From assembly GCA_964106645.2 (NCBI GenBank), contig OZ067040.1: a stretch of 64,000 bases of DNA; one strand, given 5' to 3'. The position numbers and the translations under genes were made by a program. The notes beneath the pieces are model-generated. The model had not been told where the DNA came from. It saw nothing but the letters and a program-made list of their open reading frames with translations, and did no database searches. The DNA comes from Podarcis pityusensis. Its lineage: Eukaryota. This document shows positions 52,283-64,000 of this stretch, piece after piece (positions within the stretch are counted from its first letter, which is position 1; each line of letters opens with the position of its first letter).

Positions 52283-52371
52283 ACGATGAATACCAAACAG
52301 AAAAAGTGACATTGGAAATAGCATCTGTTAACATTAGGAGCCTGACATCTGATTCAGGTCTCATACAACAG
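52283..52371 (+). CDS. EDARADD: EDARADD exon 4
   Basis: (D)DEYQTEKVTLEIASVNIRSLTSDSGLIQQ; 89 nt; tttttag/gtaagc; phases 1 to 0 fit the neighbours. Confidence 0.8.
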
Positions 52372-52779
52372 GTAAGCTGTTAAACTAGCATGTTTTGCTG
52401 ATACATAAAGCTTAATTAACATTTATTGTGTCCCAACAGCTTACTACTAGTTCAACAGAAGTCTTGTTTTAGTCTGGTGTTCAAAAGATAAAAAGAGGAA
52501 AGAGATGACACAAAGCCATGGAAAAGCCCTCAACCCCCAGGCAATCCCAGGTTCACACCTATCTCATATTTGAAGCATGGGCACCTTGGGTCTCCAGTTA
52601 AGATCTTAACAGGTGGTCAGGATCATATGGCAGCAAGCAGCTCTCAAAGAAACTCCCACACTGTTTGAGGCTCTGTAGCAGGGGTAGAGAACTCCTGGCC
52701 TGTGGACCAAACATGGTCCTCCAGGTCTGCCCATTTGGCCCACAAGGCCATTTTCAGGAAGCCACACCTATCTGCCCCT

Positions 52780-53073
52780 GACATTCTCTGTCCCAGCTTC
52801 TGCCAGCCTAGCAGTCTGAAAACATACAGGTGCAAGTAGATAAATAAGTACCACTGTAGTGGGAAGGTAAACGGCATTTCTGTGCACTCTGGCTTCCATC
52901 ACAGTGTCCCGTTGCACCAGAAGCGGTTTAGTCATAATGGCAACATGGTCCGGAAAGCTGTCTGTGGACAAACGCCAGCTTCCTTGGCCTGAAAAGTGAG
53001 ATGAGCGCCACACCCCATAGTCGCCTTTGACTGGACTTAACTGTCCAGGGGTCCTTTATCTTTGCCTTACCTA
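52780..53073 (+). mobile_element. Sauria SINE (5'-truncated)
   Basis: GGGAAGGTAAACGGC...GAAGCGGTTTAGTCAT...CAGGGGTCCTTTA tail, recalled as Sauria SINE. Confidence 0.75.
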
Positions 53074-53874
53074 TATGATGTCAGGCATGGGCTGGGTAAT
53101 GGTGGATCTTCAAAGGAACAATAAGCGTAAAGTTTCCAGTTGTTCCTTTGAGGTGTGCTCCCACCAATTATTTAGTTAATGGGTGGATGGGAGCATGCCT
53201 TCCATCCCCTCATTTGAAGAAGAAATGCATGAGGAAAAGGGGGTCTGAAAGCTCCTTTGTGAACATCTTCATGAGAGGATGTTTGCAAAGGGCTGTTTGA
53301 AAACCCCAGTTTGCTTTGAAGTCCCAACCATTGAGGCTTCAAAGGAAAGCATCACTAGATGTCACTATGAAGCCTGTATGCTGAGGTTTAGCTACTGGTC
53401 CGATTAGATGCTGGGTCACACTCTGTTCTGGGCTCTGTTATGGCAGTGTGGGTGAGGCGCTCATTAATGCATAACCTGACCCACTTCTCATGGAAGTAAA
53501 CCAGAGGCCATTTTTTGGTGTTAGGTTTGGGACTGGTGTGAAGTGGTGCTCTCCATGGGGATGTGGTCGTGGTTTGGAGGATTTGGTGCAGGTGTGGTCC
53601 TCCTCTGTGCCCCACCCCCATGGCTACATCCCATTTTGGCTGTTTTGCTCCTGTACTTTCACCAGTAGAATGTTCTATTAGCATATTCGGTGTGGTTTCA
53701 CTGGTGTACTTTTTGTGCTAATGTTGTGTCTCAAGTTCTTCAGTGCAGTAGTGCTTCCACCAAATCCTATAGCCCCTCAGCTGGCTGAACTTGAGTACAG
53801 GATTGTACCCTTAGGGAACAAAAGGTCTTCATCAAAACAACACATCATATTAAACTGGCTTCTGACTTCAGTTG

Positions 53875-53876
<2 letters not shown>

Positions 53877-53916
<40 letters not shown>
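53877..53916 (+). repeat. (GT)20 microsatellite
   Basis: Read directly from the sequence. Confidence 0.97.
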
Positions 53917-53919
<3 letters not shown>

Positions 53920-54849
53920 AAAGCAGTGAAACTGATTTCCCTTTACAAATGTTTCAGTGTATTTGCAGAAGCTACATTTTGCCTTTAGGGTGTACTGGTT
54001 TTTCTCATCTTCCAACTCATGGAAGGCAAATTTGTAGTTCTGTCTGGTCTTGCAATTTATTAATAGGCAATAAAAATGATCTTGTTAAATGGCAATGTTT
54101 TAATAGCTGGTTACTTCTCTTACAGTATAAACATATACTGACTAACATGCACCAAAATGGACACAACTGTATTTGAAGTTGTTTTAGACGTAATTGCATG
54201 TGAATTAATCTTTTATTGAATTGGTGGAGTTTGTGGCATGCCTTGACAGGAACAGATGAGCTCCTACCTACCACTCTGGCATTGAACTGCAGCCTGCTTG
54301 TCTGGCTCCCAAGACACAAAGCTAAACTACCACAAGGGACAGGGGGCTGTATATGTATGGCAGCACACACTGTAGTGGGAGGATCTCATGTTGTTGTCTT
54401 GTTGCACATTTTTCTAAAAAGGGGGGCCATCTTGGGTTTAGTGAGAATTCTTAGATATTATACAAAATTGGGTGTTTTAATGTAAATCCAAACAAAGCAA
54501 TATTTTATCCTGCTTTTGCAGTTTGCTCTGAAATGCCAATCTGGCACACGGTATACTAATTTTATCCTGCTTTAGCTTCATTCTTCCTGTACAGTGTTTT
54601 TGTTGATATGATTTAAAGACTCTGGTAGGTCAATTCCATTTGAACACAAAGAGGTTAATTTGGGGTGCCATAGTTTTCAGCAGGGTTGAACAGAATGAGC
54701 CAATGATGCACTTGACTTTGGAAAACAGAGGGATACATCCCACTAATCTCTGCCAGGTGTTGCCATCCCCTTTCACATTAGATTACCCATTTAGAGTTTC
54801 ATCTTGGATTTATTCATCTGCTACAGGATTGATAGCTGGTTGCCTTCCT

Positions 54850-54981
54850 TGGTCACAGTAGGAGATACTTGATAGCTAGTGTCTAGCTCTTTCCAAAGGC
54901 ATCTGACTGATGATGGAAAACATACTGCTGGACTAGATGGATCCTTGTTCTGATCCAGCAGGGTAGTCCTTATGTCCTTAG
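54850..54981 (+). mobile_element. CR1 LINE 3' tail
   Basis: TGCTGGACTAGATGG...TCTGATCCAGCAGGG...CTTATGTCCTTA. Confidence 0.55.
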
Positions 54982-55649
54982 TAAAGAACCAATGGCTGTA
55001 GGGCATGCCTCCAGGCCTCTAGGATTATCAGACAATCCTCAGGACACAATCCTCTTAAACGTTCCAGACAGCATTCTAGACTACAACTGGGACCAGCAGC
55101 AAACTGTTGCAGGGTTGCCATTCCCAGTTCCAGTAAGTTAGCCATGCTCTGCCTCCAGGATATTCTATTCCATTCTCCTACCTACAATGGTCAGTTAGCA
55201 TTCTGTGACTACCGGGCATGCTGAGTTCCCATTGGGCTGTTTTGGGGTGGTGGGGCAGGGTCCCCTACTTAGGATTCTTCCTAAATACTTTTTGTGCTTC
55301 TGCAAACATCAGGAGTTTCCCCAAGTCTGCTGACACCTCCCTTTTGTGCACGGGTGCTGCCATTTTGGGTACAATGAGCAGTAGCCCTCATGCCTGAACA
55401 TTGGAAATAGAAGGACTGACATTGCAGTGCTGACTCTCCACCGAAGTTCTGGCTTTCTTAACATGGCATTGTCTTTTCTCTCTGTCCACCCCCTTAAATC
55501 GATTGCCAGTATTTCTCCCTACAAAGTTACAGTGCTGGTCATGTTTCCATCAGTTCCTGCTATCTCTATTCTGAAGAACGTCCACCAGGGTCTCAGCAAC
55601 CAGAAGCAACACACACTATCGTATCCTATCTTGTTTTTTTGTTGTAGCT

Positions 55650-55768
55650 CTTAATAGCTCAGCCGGTTAATCATGGATTTGAGTCCCATTTTGGGGAAAA
55701 TATTCCTGCATTGCAGATGTTTAGACTAGATGACCCTCATGGTCCCTTCCAGCTCTACAGTTCTATGC
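55650..55768 (+). mobile_element. tRNA-head / CR1-tail SINE
   Basis: Similar to 1720-1866. Confidence 0.6.
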
Positions 55769-55811
55769 CAAAACTTCAGGAGAGCTGGGAAAAACCACAG
55801 TAATGGCAGTA

Positions 55812-56061
55812 TAGTCACACTTTGGATCCCAAACGCCTTGCGAGTTGAACATTTTAGCTCCCAAACACTGCAAACCCGGAAGTGAGTGTTCCAGTTTGTG
55901 AACATTCTTTGGAACCCGGACGATCAACATGGCTTCTATGGCTTCTGATTGGCTGCAGGAGCTTCCTGCAGCCAATTGGAAGCCGCACCTTGGTTTCCAA
56001 ACATTTTGGAAGTCGAACGGACTTCTGGAATGTATTCCATTTGACTTCCGAGGTACGACTG
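55812..56061. mobile_element. Tc1/mariner MITE (CAGTCGTACC family)
   Basis: Right end GAGGTACGACTG|TA, degenerate left TIR, internal hairpin GATTGGCTGCAGGA/TCCTGCAGCCAATT. Confidence 0.75.
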
Positions 56062-56963
56062 TAGTAAATTTCCCCCCTGCCCTACCCCAGCCCTGGGATA
56101 CAAATATCAGCTGAGCAACATTTCCAAGGATTTCAGTGAGAAATCCTTAGTTGACTGGTATCTAGGGTTTATGCAAATCTGACAATATAAATAAAAGTTA
56201 TTTAGTACTGGAAAAGAGAAATCCAGTGAGGGAGAAGCCCCTTGATTATGACTACAACTCTCTCATTAGCATGTAACATTTCACCAGAGAGAATGGTGCA
56301 GGGAACACTGACTTTCAACCGAGATAAAAATGTGTAGGATTCTGCCTGCCCCTTCTGCGGATTCTGATTATCCCCAGAAGACAGATTAGGCATTGTATGC
56401 ATAGTTGCCATGGCCGTAGCACATACATTATCTATGTAGCTTATTTGGAATGGATTTACTGATGCAGTTAAGCGTAGGTGGGCAAGGTGTCTGGTTACAG
56501 TGTCTTATATAACTACATAGTTTACCTGTATTTGCATGCACAACTTACGATCTGATCCAGAGTGTTTTGTGATACTCTTGGGTGAATGAAGCTATACAAA
56601 AGGCAACTGTATTTTCCTGAAGATATCTCAAGGGAAAGCCCCTCATTGCTCTAATCTTTAAAACTTAAAATAAACAGGGAAAGGGTATGCTTCATCTGGG
56701 TTTATAGCCTCTTCGTAATAGTACAAGCTGTTGCTGCTGATCTGTTGCCATCGCCAGGGTCCTTCTTGGCCTAACCTTACTGCTGAGAAATGTTTGTCCA
56801 TTTAAAGCCTTGCATAAAATGGTTAATCTCACCCGCTCATCTTTTCCCCCCCTAAAGCAATAGCTACTTATGTATTACTCTAGATTCAGGCCTCATAGGT
56901 TGATAAATTAAAGTTCCTTTCCCTGGAACAAGACTTTAAATCAACATTACTTTTTTTTTGCAG

Positions 56964-57012
56964 CCAGAAGAAGATGATGACAGCCAAAGTAGTACTGGTG
57001 AATCACCTACAG
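56964..57012 (+). CDS. EDARADD: EDARADD exon 5
   Basis: PEEDDDSQSSTGESPT; 49 nt; strong T-tract cag acceptor, gtaatg donor. Confidence 0.85.
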
Positions 57013-57436
57013 GTAATGCAGTGCCCCTAGCCAAATGAACTTAGTGCCTGGATTGAATTTAGAACCGCCAGCAAACAAAGGGAATTATCTTTATTACGCT
57101 GATTGTAAAAAAACACACACCCCAAACCAAACAATTTTATCTTACACAACTGTGCTCTATTATAGCATAGTTTCTTAGATCAGACTTTAACAAAATGTTT
57201 AGTGATTGCTCAAGGTGTCTTTTAAAAGTGATCCTGTAAGGTGGAGACATGCAGAAAATTAATATTATTATTGAACTTGTTTGTCCAGATAACTTGCATG
57301 AGGCCCCTGCTCCTGTTTTTTTTTTTTTACTGGGGAAGTTGGAAGGTTAACCCATTCTGATACAACTTTTATTAGCAGCATGTCCAGGCCACTTTATCAG
57401 GTAGCATGGTAGCATAATCAGCTCTGTTGGATTTAG

Positions 57437-57615
57437 GTAGTCAGAGCTCAGCAGTAGAGCACATGTGTTGCACACATGATGCCTCTGCCATCTCCAGTTA
57501 ATAAGATCTCACAGAAGTAGTCTGAGATTTGGGAAGCCACTACCAGTGAGAATGGACAATGCCAATCTCGATGGGTTAATGATCTCAGTAGAGGGCCGCT
57601 TTCTGTGTCCATATG
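57437..57615 (+). mobile_element. Diverged Squam3-like SINE
   Basis: GCTCAGCAGTAGAGCAC head and a degenerate body similar to 49113. Confidence 0.55.
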
Positions 57616-57685
57616 CTTTCTATGTTCTCTGTGTAGTGCATAAGAAAACCATAGATATGCTCATTTATTTCAGAAACAGTTTGTG

Positions 57686-57867
57686 TAGGGTTCCCATATG
57701 TCTGGGAAACCCCGGACATGTCCTCTTTTGGGGGGCCAACATGCCCATCCGGGCAGATTTTTACATTTTAAAGGAAATGCTCTTCACACCGCAGTCACTG
57801 CTAGCCTGAGATGGGGAAAGAGGCGAGCGGGGCACCCCTTTTTGCTCTTCAAGATATGGCAACCCTA
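57686..57867. mobile_element. hAT-like MITE
   Basis: TAGGGTTCCCATAT...ATATGGCAACCCTA TIRs. Confidence 0.7.
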
Positions 57868-58181
57868 GTTTCTGAAGCATATTATTTTTCAGAATTGCAT
57901 GTATTGGCCCAATTCAGATGGGTTTGATAAGCCATGGCTTTATTTCCAGAATGCAGCTCTATATCTTGAAGGGAACTCTTAAATCTCCGTTTCCTGGCTC
58001 TGGTGTCTTAAGAACCCAATAAAGTTTTGTTGAATCCGCACAGTGGAGGGGAGAGGGGAAGGAGGGTGACTCATTCCTAGTTTGATAAACTACAATTCAT
58101 TGATCAGTACAGCTGAATGAGGACTTTGAGTTTTATGTGCCACAAAGCTAAGGAATAACTCCAATATAATTGTAATTCTAG

Positions 58182-58558
58182 CTCTGAAGAAGTCATGTAC
58201 AGAAAATGGCACCTGCTCCTTATGTTTGTCTCGCCAGCCAACCATCAGCGACCTGCTCAATGATGAGGACTTGCTGTATATGATGAGGATAAAGTTGGAT
58301 CCCGCCCACCCTACAGTGAAAAACTGGAGAAACTTTGCAAGCAAATGGGGAATGACCTACGATGAATTGTGTTTCCTGGAACAGAAACCACAGAGCCCCA
58401 CCTTGGAGTTTTTGCTACGGAATAGTGACAGAACTGTGGAGCAGCTGATTGATCTCTGTAAATTATATCAAAGAGTTGATATTGAGAAAATGCTGCTGAA
58501 ATGGGTGGAAAAAGAATGGCCAAAGAGACGGCATGGAACCTATCAGAACAACTACTAA
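58182..58558 (+). CDS. EDARADD: EDARADD exon 6 (death domain)
   Basis: [63 protein letters not shown]...EWPKR; TAA at 58556-58558; the 5' acceptor is weak but in frame. Confidence 0.95.
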
Positions 58559-59654
58559 ATGAAAGAAAATGTCCAGTCCACATTACTTCTATGGTGGAAA
58601 ATTGAGAGAGTAACATAACTCTGTTCAGTTTGCTAAGTGTGCATGTGTAGCTTTCCTTTGTTAGTGAAAGGAACCACATTCATTTTTGCAACATAAAATG
58701 TTTACTGTATCTGTGTACCTAGCCTTTGCAACAACACGGGTGATCTTTAAATATGCATCAGCTCAATGCAGCAAAAGAAGAATGACAACCACAGTACACT
58801 ATTTGGGCTGACTGCACAGTTACTTCCTTCAAACAAACTGAACTATAATTAATTCCCATTTTCATGGAGAGAATAATGAAAGTGAAGAAGGCAAAGGGTC
58901 TGGACTCCTCTTTAAAGGGCCCATACCTGTACCGCTGGGGCCTGTTCCACCCCAACATAGTTGCCTCAGCCATAGAGAGAAGAAAGCAGACCATACCAGA
59001 ACTGGAATATCCTCATTTATTTAACCTAGGCCGCTAATTCCTGTGGGGATATATTTTTGTACTTCTAAAGATATATGTGAACTGTACAGAAGTAAGGCAT
59101 GTGCTTCTGAAGAAAGCAGTCTAGGGGCACCCAAGGTTGGCTTCCTTGGGCCCTGACAACTCCAGAGTCCCCTCATCCTGCCGCTACCCATCTAGCAGCC
59201 CTGAGTGAGCTGGCAGTGAAAGGAGCAAGGAGGAAATGGACCAGCACTCTCTAATCCCCTCACCCTCTCCTTAGGGTGTGGATTAGGCCCAAAGGACAGG
59301 ACAAATGGATGGGCAATGTCAACAGTAATAAGAAGGACGTGGGACTACTTGAAGTGGGGTTCCTGAAGGCATCTAGCTGAGGGTCTCCCAAAACCTGGAG
59401 CTGACAGTGGGAGTATGTAGTCCTCTTTGCCTTATGTTTGTGTCAATACAGATTGAGTTTTACTGCTACAATTAAAGGACTATGAGTGGGTGACACAGAA
59501 AATTGTGGCAGCTTCCCTTTGCTGTTGCTTCTGAAAGCTATGATCAGCAATTGCATTCCCTTGACTTAAGGTTGGTTTCTCTTCCCCGCCCCCATCTGTA
59601 TTCTTGAGTATTAGATGTCATCCAGATCTTTCAAGTTCTAACCTGCATAACGAA

Positions 59655-59840
59655 AATAAACTCTGAACATTTTATGTTTGGAACAGCTTTGTATTTGGAA
59701 TCGTGTGCTGTTTAGATACTCTGCTTTAATAAATTAATTTTGGGCAAGTATTATAAACAACATAGTCATTATATAAATTTGTGTTTAAATAAAGCAACAC
59801 CTTTAGGGTGTGCAATCCTGTATTGCAAGTAAAATAAATT
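59655..59840 (+). terminator. Cluster of AATAAA, candidate EDARADD poly(A) region
   Basis: Four AATAAA within about 190 bp, 1.1-1.3 kb after the stop. Confidence 0.45.
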
Positions 59841-62061
59841 GCATACGGTATTTAGTTCACAGAGAACTGTAAAGAGCCAGTAGCTCTAGCTTGTTTCAGA
59901 TTTTCAAGTTCACTGTAGTTCCTCTGTAGTTTTAGATCTTTTAGCTTCTTTGAATTAAAGTGGTTAAATCTCAAATGTGGCAATATATTGAAATATTTTT
60001 GGAGTGATTCCATTAATTGGAATTGCTCATTCCCTGTGGTTAGTAGATTTGTTCCAACATGTTTTCAGAGACAGTTTGAGAACTAGTATTAGAGGCTGTT
60101 ACAAAGCATTTATCTCTACAATATTATCATAACAATTATGAGAGATCTATTAGTAAACTATTGAAAGAAATAGTCTCAGAAATTAACTTTCAGATTAATT
60201 ACAGCCACTTGAATATGCATTGGTTTAAATCTTACATAGCATGACACAATGGTGGGCAGAGGGCCAATTCAGAGGTAAAAGTCAGACACTTTGAATACAT
60301 TACAAATGTGAAGAGTATGCTGTAGAAAAAATGAATCATTTGCTACATGTGTGAATAGAAAAAGGGATCATTTGTTACACATGTGAATCGGAACAGAGAT
60401 AATGAGAAACCATAAGATCAAGATCTGGATTTAAAGAATGAAGGGCTAAACCATTTTATTTTAATATAAAATAAAATGTTGAGCTATAGCCCTAAGCATT
60501 CATGCTTAGCAGCAATTTGTTTAAATTGAATGGGACTTACTTCCAAGTAGGTATGCTTATGACTGAAGCCTTTTTCAGACATGCTAAGCTCTTGAAAATT
60601 CTTCTGAATAGCTTTCGGAGTTGCTGCCTTCAAGAACATTTGTTGAAGAGTTCAACAGATGAGGCAAGTTAGCTTTGAATGTTGAGTGAAACCTCATCCG
60701 CAGTGTGTTTACTCCTTTTACTCACATAATAATATGCTGAATTTTTAAGAATTGCTAAGTATTTTTTTTACTGTAATGGATCTGTGTTTACATAGTCTCT
60801 ACTGTATATATAACCGGTCTCTGTTACATGTTTGTGTTATACCTTGGTTTCTAACATTAGTAGAAGAAACCAATCCTGTTTATTAGATTTTGACTGAGTG
60901 CACTGCTGGTTTCCCCCCCCTAAACTACTGTTGCTGTAATTATTTAAGGCAAACATTTCCATCAAATGAATGGAAGATGTGTAAACTCAACAGCCTTAAT
61001 TTAGAAGACAATGGGTGAATACCTTGGCGTGGCCATGTGTCCTACTTTACACAGAGAGAGTTCTCCATTTAAAGGGCTGGCTGTCCTGTACTTGAAGGAC
61101 TATCTGGCCAAAGTCTGGTAAAAAACAAAACACCATTAAAAGGGAGAGCAGGAGCCCAGAAGTTTCCCATCAACAACTACCACCTAGACAGCAGGTACAC
61201 AGCTCGCCTGGTCACATTCTTCCCAACTAAGGTGAGGTGCATTGTATTTCCATTTAAATTACAGTTACTATTTTTCTTAAATCAGCATGTGCATGTTTTG
61301 TTGTTTTTTTTTTTTGCAGATCTGTGTTTTGACTTTTTGGGGGGTGATTCATTAGAGGTCACCCTAGAAAACCAATGATGAGAGCACCATGTGTGCACAG
61401 GCCTCCCATTAGCGGCTATGAGAGGAAAGGATTTCATCAGTCTTGGAAATCTTGCCCTTCCTGTAATTGTCAACAATAAGAGTGTGGGCTAAATGGGGTT
61501 GCCTGTTGGTGCTCGAAGTCTGGCCTGCAGGCCACAGGTTTTCCGCCTTTGGCTTAGATTGAGCTGTGAACCGAGCCATTTTTGTGAAATTTATTATTCC
61601 AATTCTCAACCATTGATCATGGCATCTTATGAATTGACTGTGCATTTGTTTACCTCCAGGAACACTCACAGAATGTCATTGTTTTATCAGTACAGTGATA
61701 TCCAATATATTGTAAAATGAGGCTGATAGAGTGGAGAATTGATCTCATTTTATAAAAATATTATTAAAAATTAACAAACATTTTCTATATCTCTATTATT
61801 CACTATATTCTGTAAACAACCAAGCAGCAGACACGTTCAGGTCTTGAGTAATAACTGTAGTCTGTCCCAAAAGATAAACCTACTAAAGGGTTTCCTGGAG
61901 GAGCATTTTCAAAAACTATTCAAGGAGTCTTCATGCAGTTTCTTGCATCTTCAACATTTATCAAATGTTAGATGGAATCCATGCTTCAAATTTTAATATT
62001 TTCTGAATATATGTTCTGGATGTTTCAGATTTAGGGACACTGAATTGAGATTGTTCACAGC

Positions 62062-62136
62062 GAAAGGAAAGGAAAGGAAAGGAAAGGAAAGGAAAGGAAA
62101 GGAAAGGAAAGGAAAGGAAAGGAAAGGAAAGGAAAG
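62062..62136 (+). repeat. (GAAAG)15 microsatellite
   Basis: Read directly; pure polypurine tract. Confidence 0.97.
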
Positions 62137-63425
62137 GGAAAATGTCAAAAGGCATTATAAGATGCCACTGAGTACCATAGTAGGAAGAAAGAGTCTTCCT
62201 TGCATCACACCAGTGACACTCCTTCCATTTGCCTACCTATGTGTTGGTATGGAACATACAGCTGCTCTGAGAGGATAAAATTATAGCTATCAAATGCCAA
62301 CCTATTTATGTTCCTCTTCCCCCCACTCTCCTTTTTGTCTTGGGCTTAATTTGTGCTAAGATTACATACAAAAGTTCGGCTGTGAGGCCTATTTTTATCT
62401 CCGACAAGCAATTCAAGCTCTAATTAGGTTCTTGGCACAAACCCACAAACTCATCCCACAAGAGCATTGCTTAGTTATCTTATATATGAAGTGCAATGCA
62501 ACATGGTACTGCCATTTCATTCACTTCGCCATGTTGGACCGATGTGATTGGGACTGTAGGGTAGGTTGATAACTTTAAATTTAACTGGGCCAGCTTCACA
62601 CTAAGCTAAAAATCCAAGCAATAATGTGAGGGAACGTCTGCTTAACTGTTGAGCACAAAAGTCTGAAGCACAGACGCAGCAATCCTATACCCACATTATG
62701 TGGGGGCCAGAGATATGGTAGCGCTATGCTGGGGGAAGAGTCACTGCACTGTGCTCAGCCCAGATGGAAAGAAGAAAATGACCCAGCTAAAACAAAACAA
62801 AAATGGTGGGAAAATGTCAGGCACGCACACTGTGTCCCTGAAAACACCTCCACAACATGCACCTCAGGGACTGTGCAAGTGATGGCACCCACATTTCAGA
62901 TAAACCGAGAGCGCCAACCTACACGGGTGGGCTCTGGCAGGAAGTGCACAGTGCTCTTCTCCTCACTGAAATCCCCCTTGTGATCTCTAAGTGTACAAGA
63001 TACAGGGCTAGCACACCCTGTTATTTGAAATATGGTCTCCCTGTTGGGTTAATACACTACCGTTAGTGTGTTGTGATTGAGCACTGAGTTACACCGTATT
63101 CTGTGGTCTGTCATGCATGTAGGCAGGTTGGCTGTTTGCACAGGGGTGACTATTTTAATCTCCTTCCTCTCCCACTGAAGTCCCAGTTTAGTGTGAAGAA
63201 CAAGCTAACCCAATAAAACGTATAATGTCTTCCATCGTTTAGTAGAAAGCAACAAAAATACAACACTTTTAAGTGGCTCCTATTTCACCCTATCATGTGC
63301 TCCTCAAAATTTTAATTTCCTTTTTGCTTTTAACTTTTTGTGATTTTATTGCTTAGTTTTATATTTTTACATTGTTAACCACATTGATATATTTTTATGA
63401 TACAGCGGTATTTAAATATTATTCT

Positions 63426-63461
63426 AAACAAACAAACAAACAAACAAACAAACAAACAAAC
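63426..63461 (+). repeat. (AAAC)9 microsatellite
   Basis: Read directly from the sequence. Confidence 0.95.
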
Positions 63462-63755
63462 TGTACTGTACTGTATCTATGAAATCAGAATGGCTGGTGG
63501 GAAATTAAAGAGGTGAAGAGTCCATACTGATAGAAGGAGCTCACCTAGTGTTCTGATTTAGTGGTAAATGAGTTACTTTGATATATATGTTTTTATGCTT
63601 TAAAATGTAAAACAAAATAACTATGCCTGTTTTAGGTATTGGCTTATGGGTTCTGAGAAAATTTGATTCTGTCTCAAGGGATGTGTTTTCTAATAGAGTT
63701 GCCATGCTAAGAATGTTTACTTGGTGGCAAAACCCACTGAACTCAATTAGATATA

Positions 63756-63997
63756 CAATAGTACCTCGGGTTAAGTACTTAATTTGTTCCGGTGGTCCGT
63801 TCTTAACCTGAAACTGTTCTTAACCTGAAGCACCACTTTAGCTAATGGGACCTCCTGCTGCTGCCGCGCCGCCGGAGCACGATTTCTGTTCTCATCCTGA
63901 AGCAAAGTTCTTAACCCGAGGTACTATTTCTGGGTTAGCAGAGTCTGTAACCTGAAGCGTATGTAACCTGAAGCGTATGTAACCCGAGGTACCACTG
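63756..63997. mobile_element. Tc1/mariner MITE, inverted relative to 28064 and 34537
   Basis: Reverse-complement match to those copies; TA TSD. Confidence 0.9.
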
Positions 63998-64000
63998 TAC

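Overview
Vertebrate genomic DNA, most likely a lacertid lizard (inferred from the squamate-type SINEs and MITEs). It carries the conserved GPR137B - ERO1B - EDARADD block. I traced the last three coding exons of GPR137B (+, stop at 3525-3527), the complete 16-exon ERO1B CDS (-, 30081..9372, 1407 nt, 468 aa) and the complete 6-exon EDARADD CDS (+, 44993..58558, 648 nt, 215 aa) by hand through their splice sites. ERO1B and EDARADD are divergent, each with its own CpG island. Introns and intergenic DNA contain Tc1/mariner and hAT MITEs, two solo LTRs with intact target-site duplications, SINEs, LINE fragments and microsatellites. I cannot demonstrate a new biological system. The best leads are a 62-bp near-perfect hairpin just downstream of an ERO1B short exon, a textbook intron pointing to an unannotated antisense transcript upstream of EDARADD, a hammerhead-ribozyme-like core, a perfect ERSE in the ERO1B promoter, and a GC-AG last intron of ERO1B containing a sense-oriented LTR poly(A) signal. 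Repeat family names come from recall, not from a database search.
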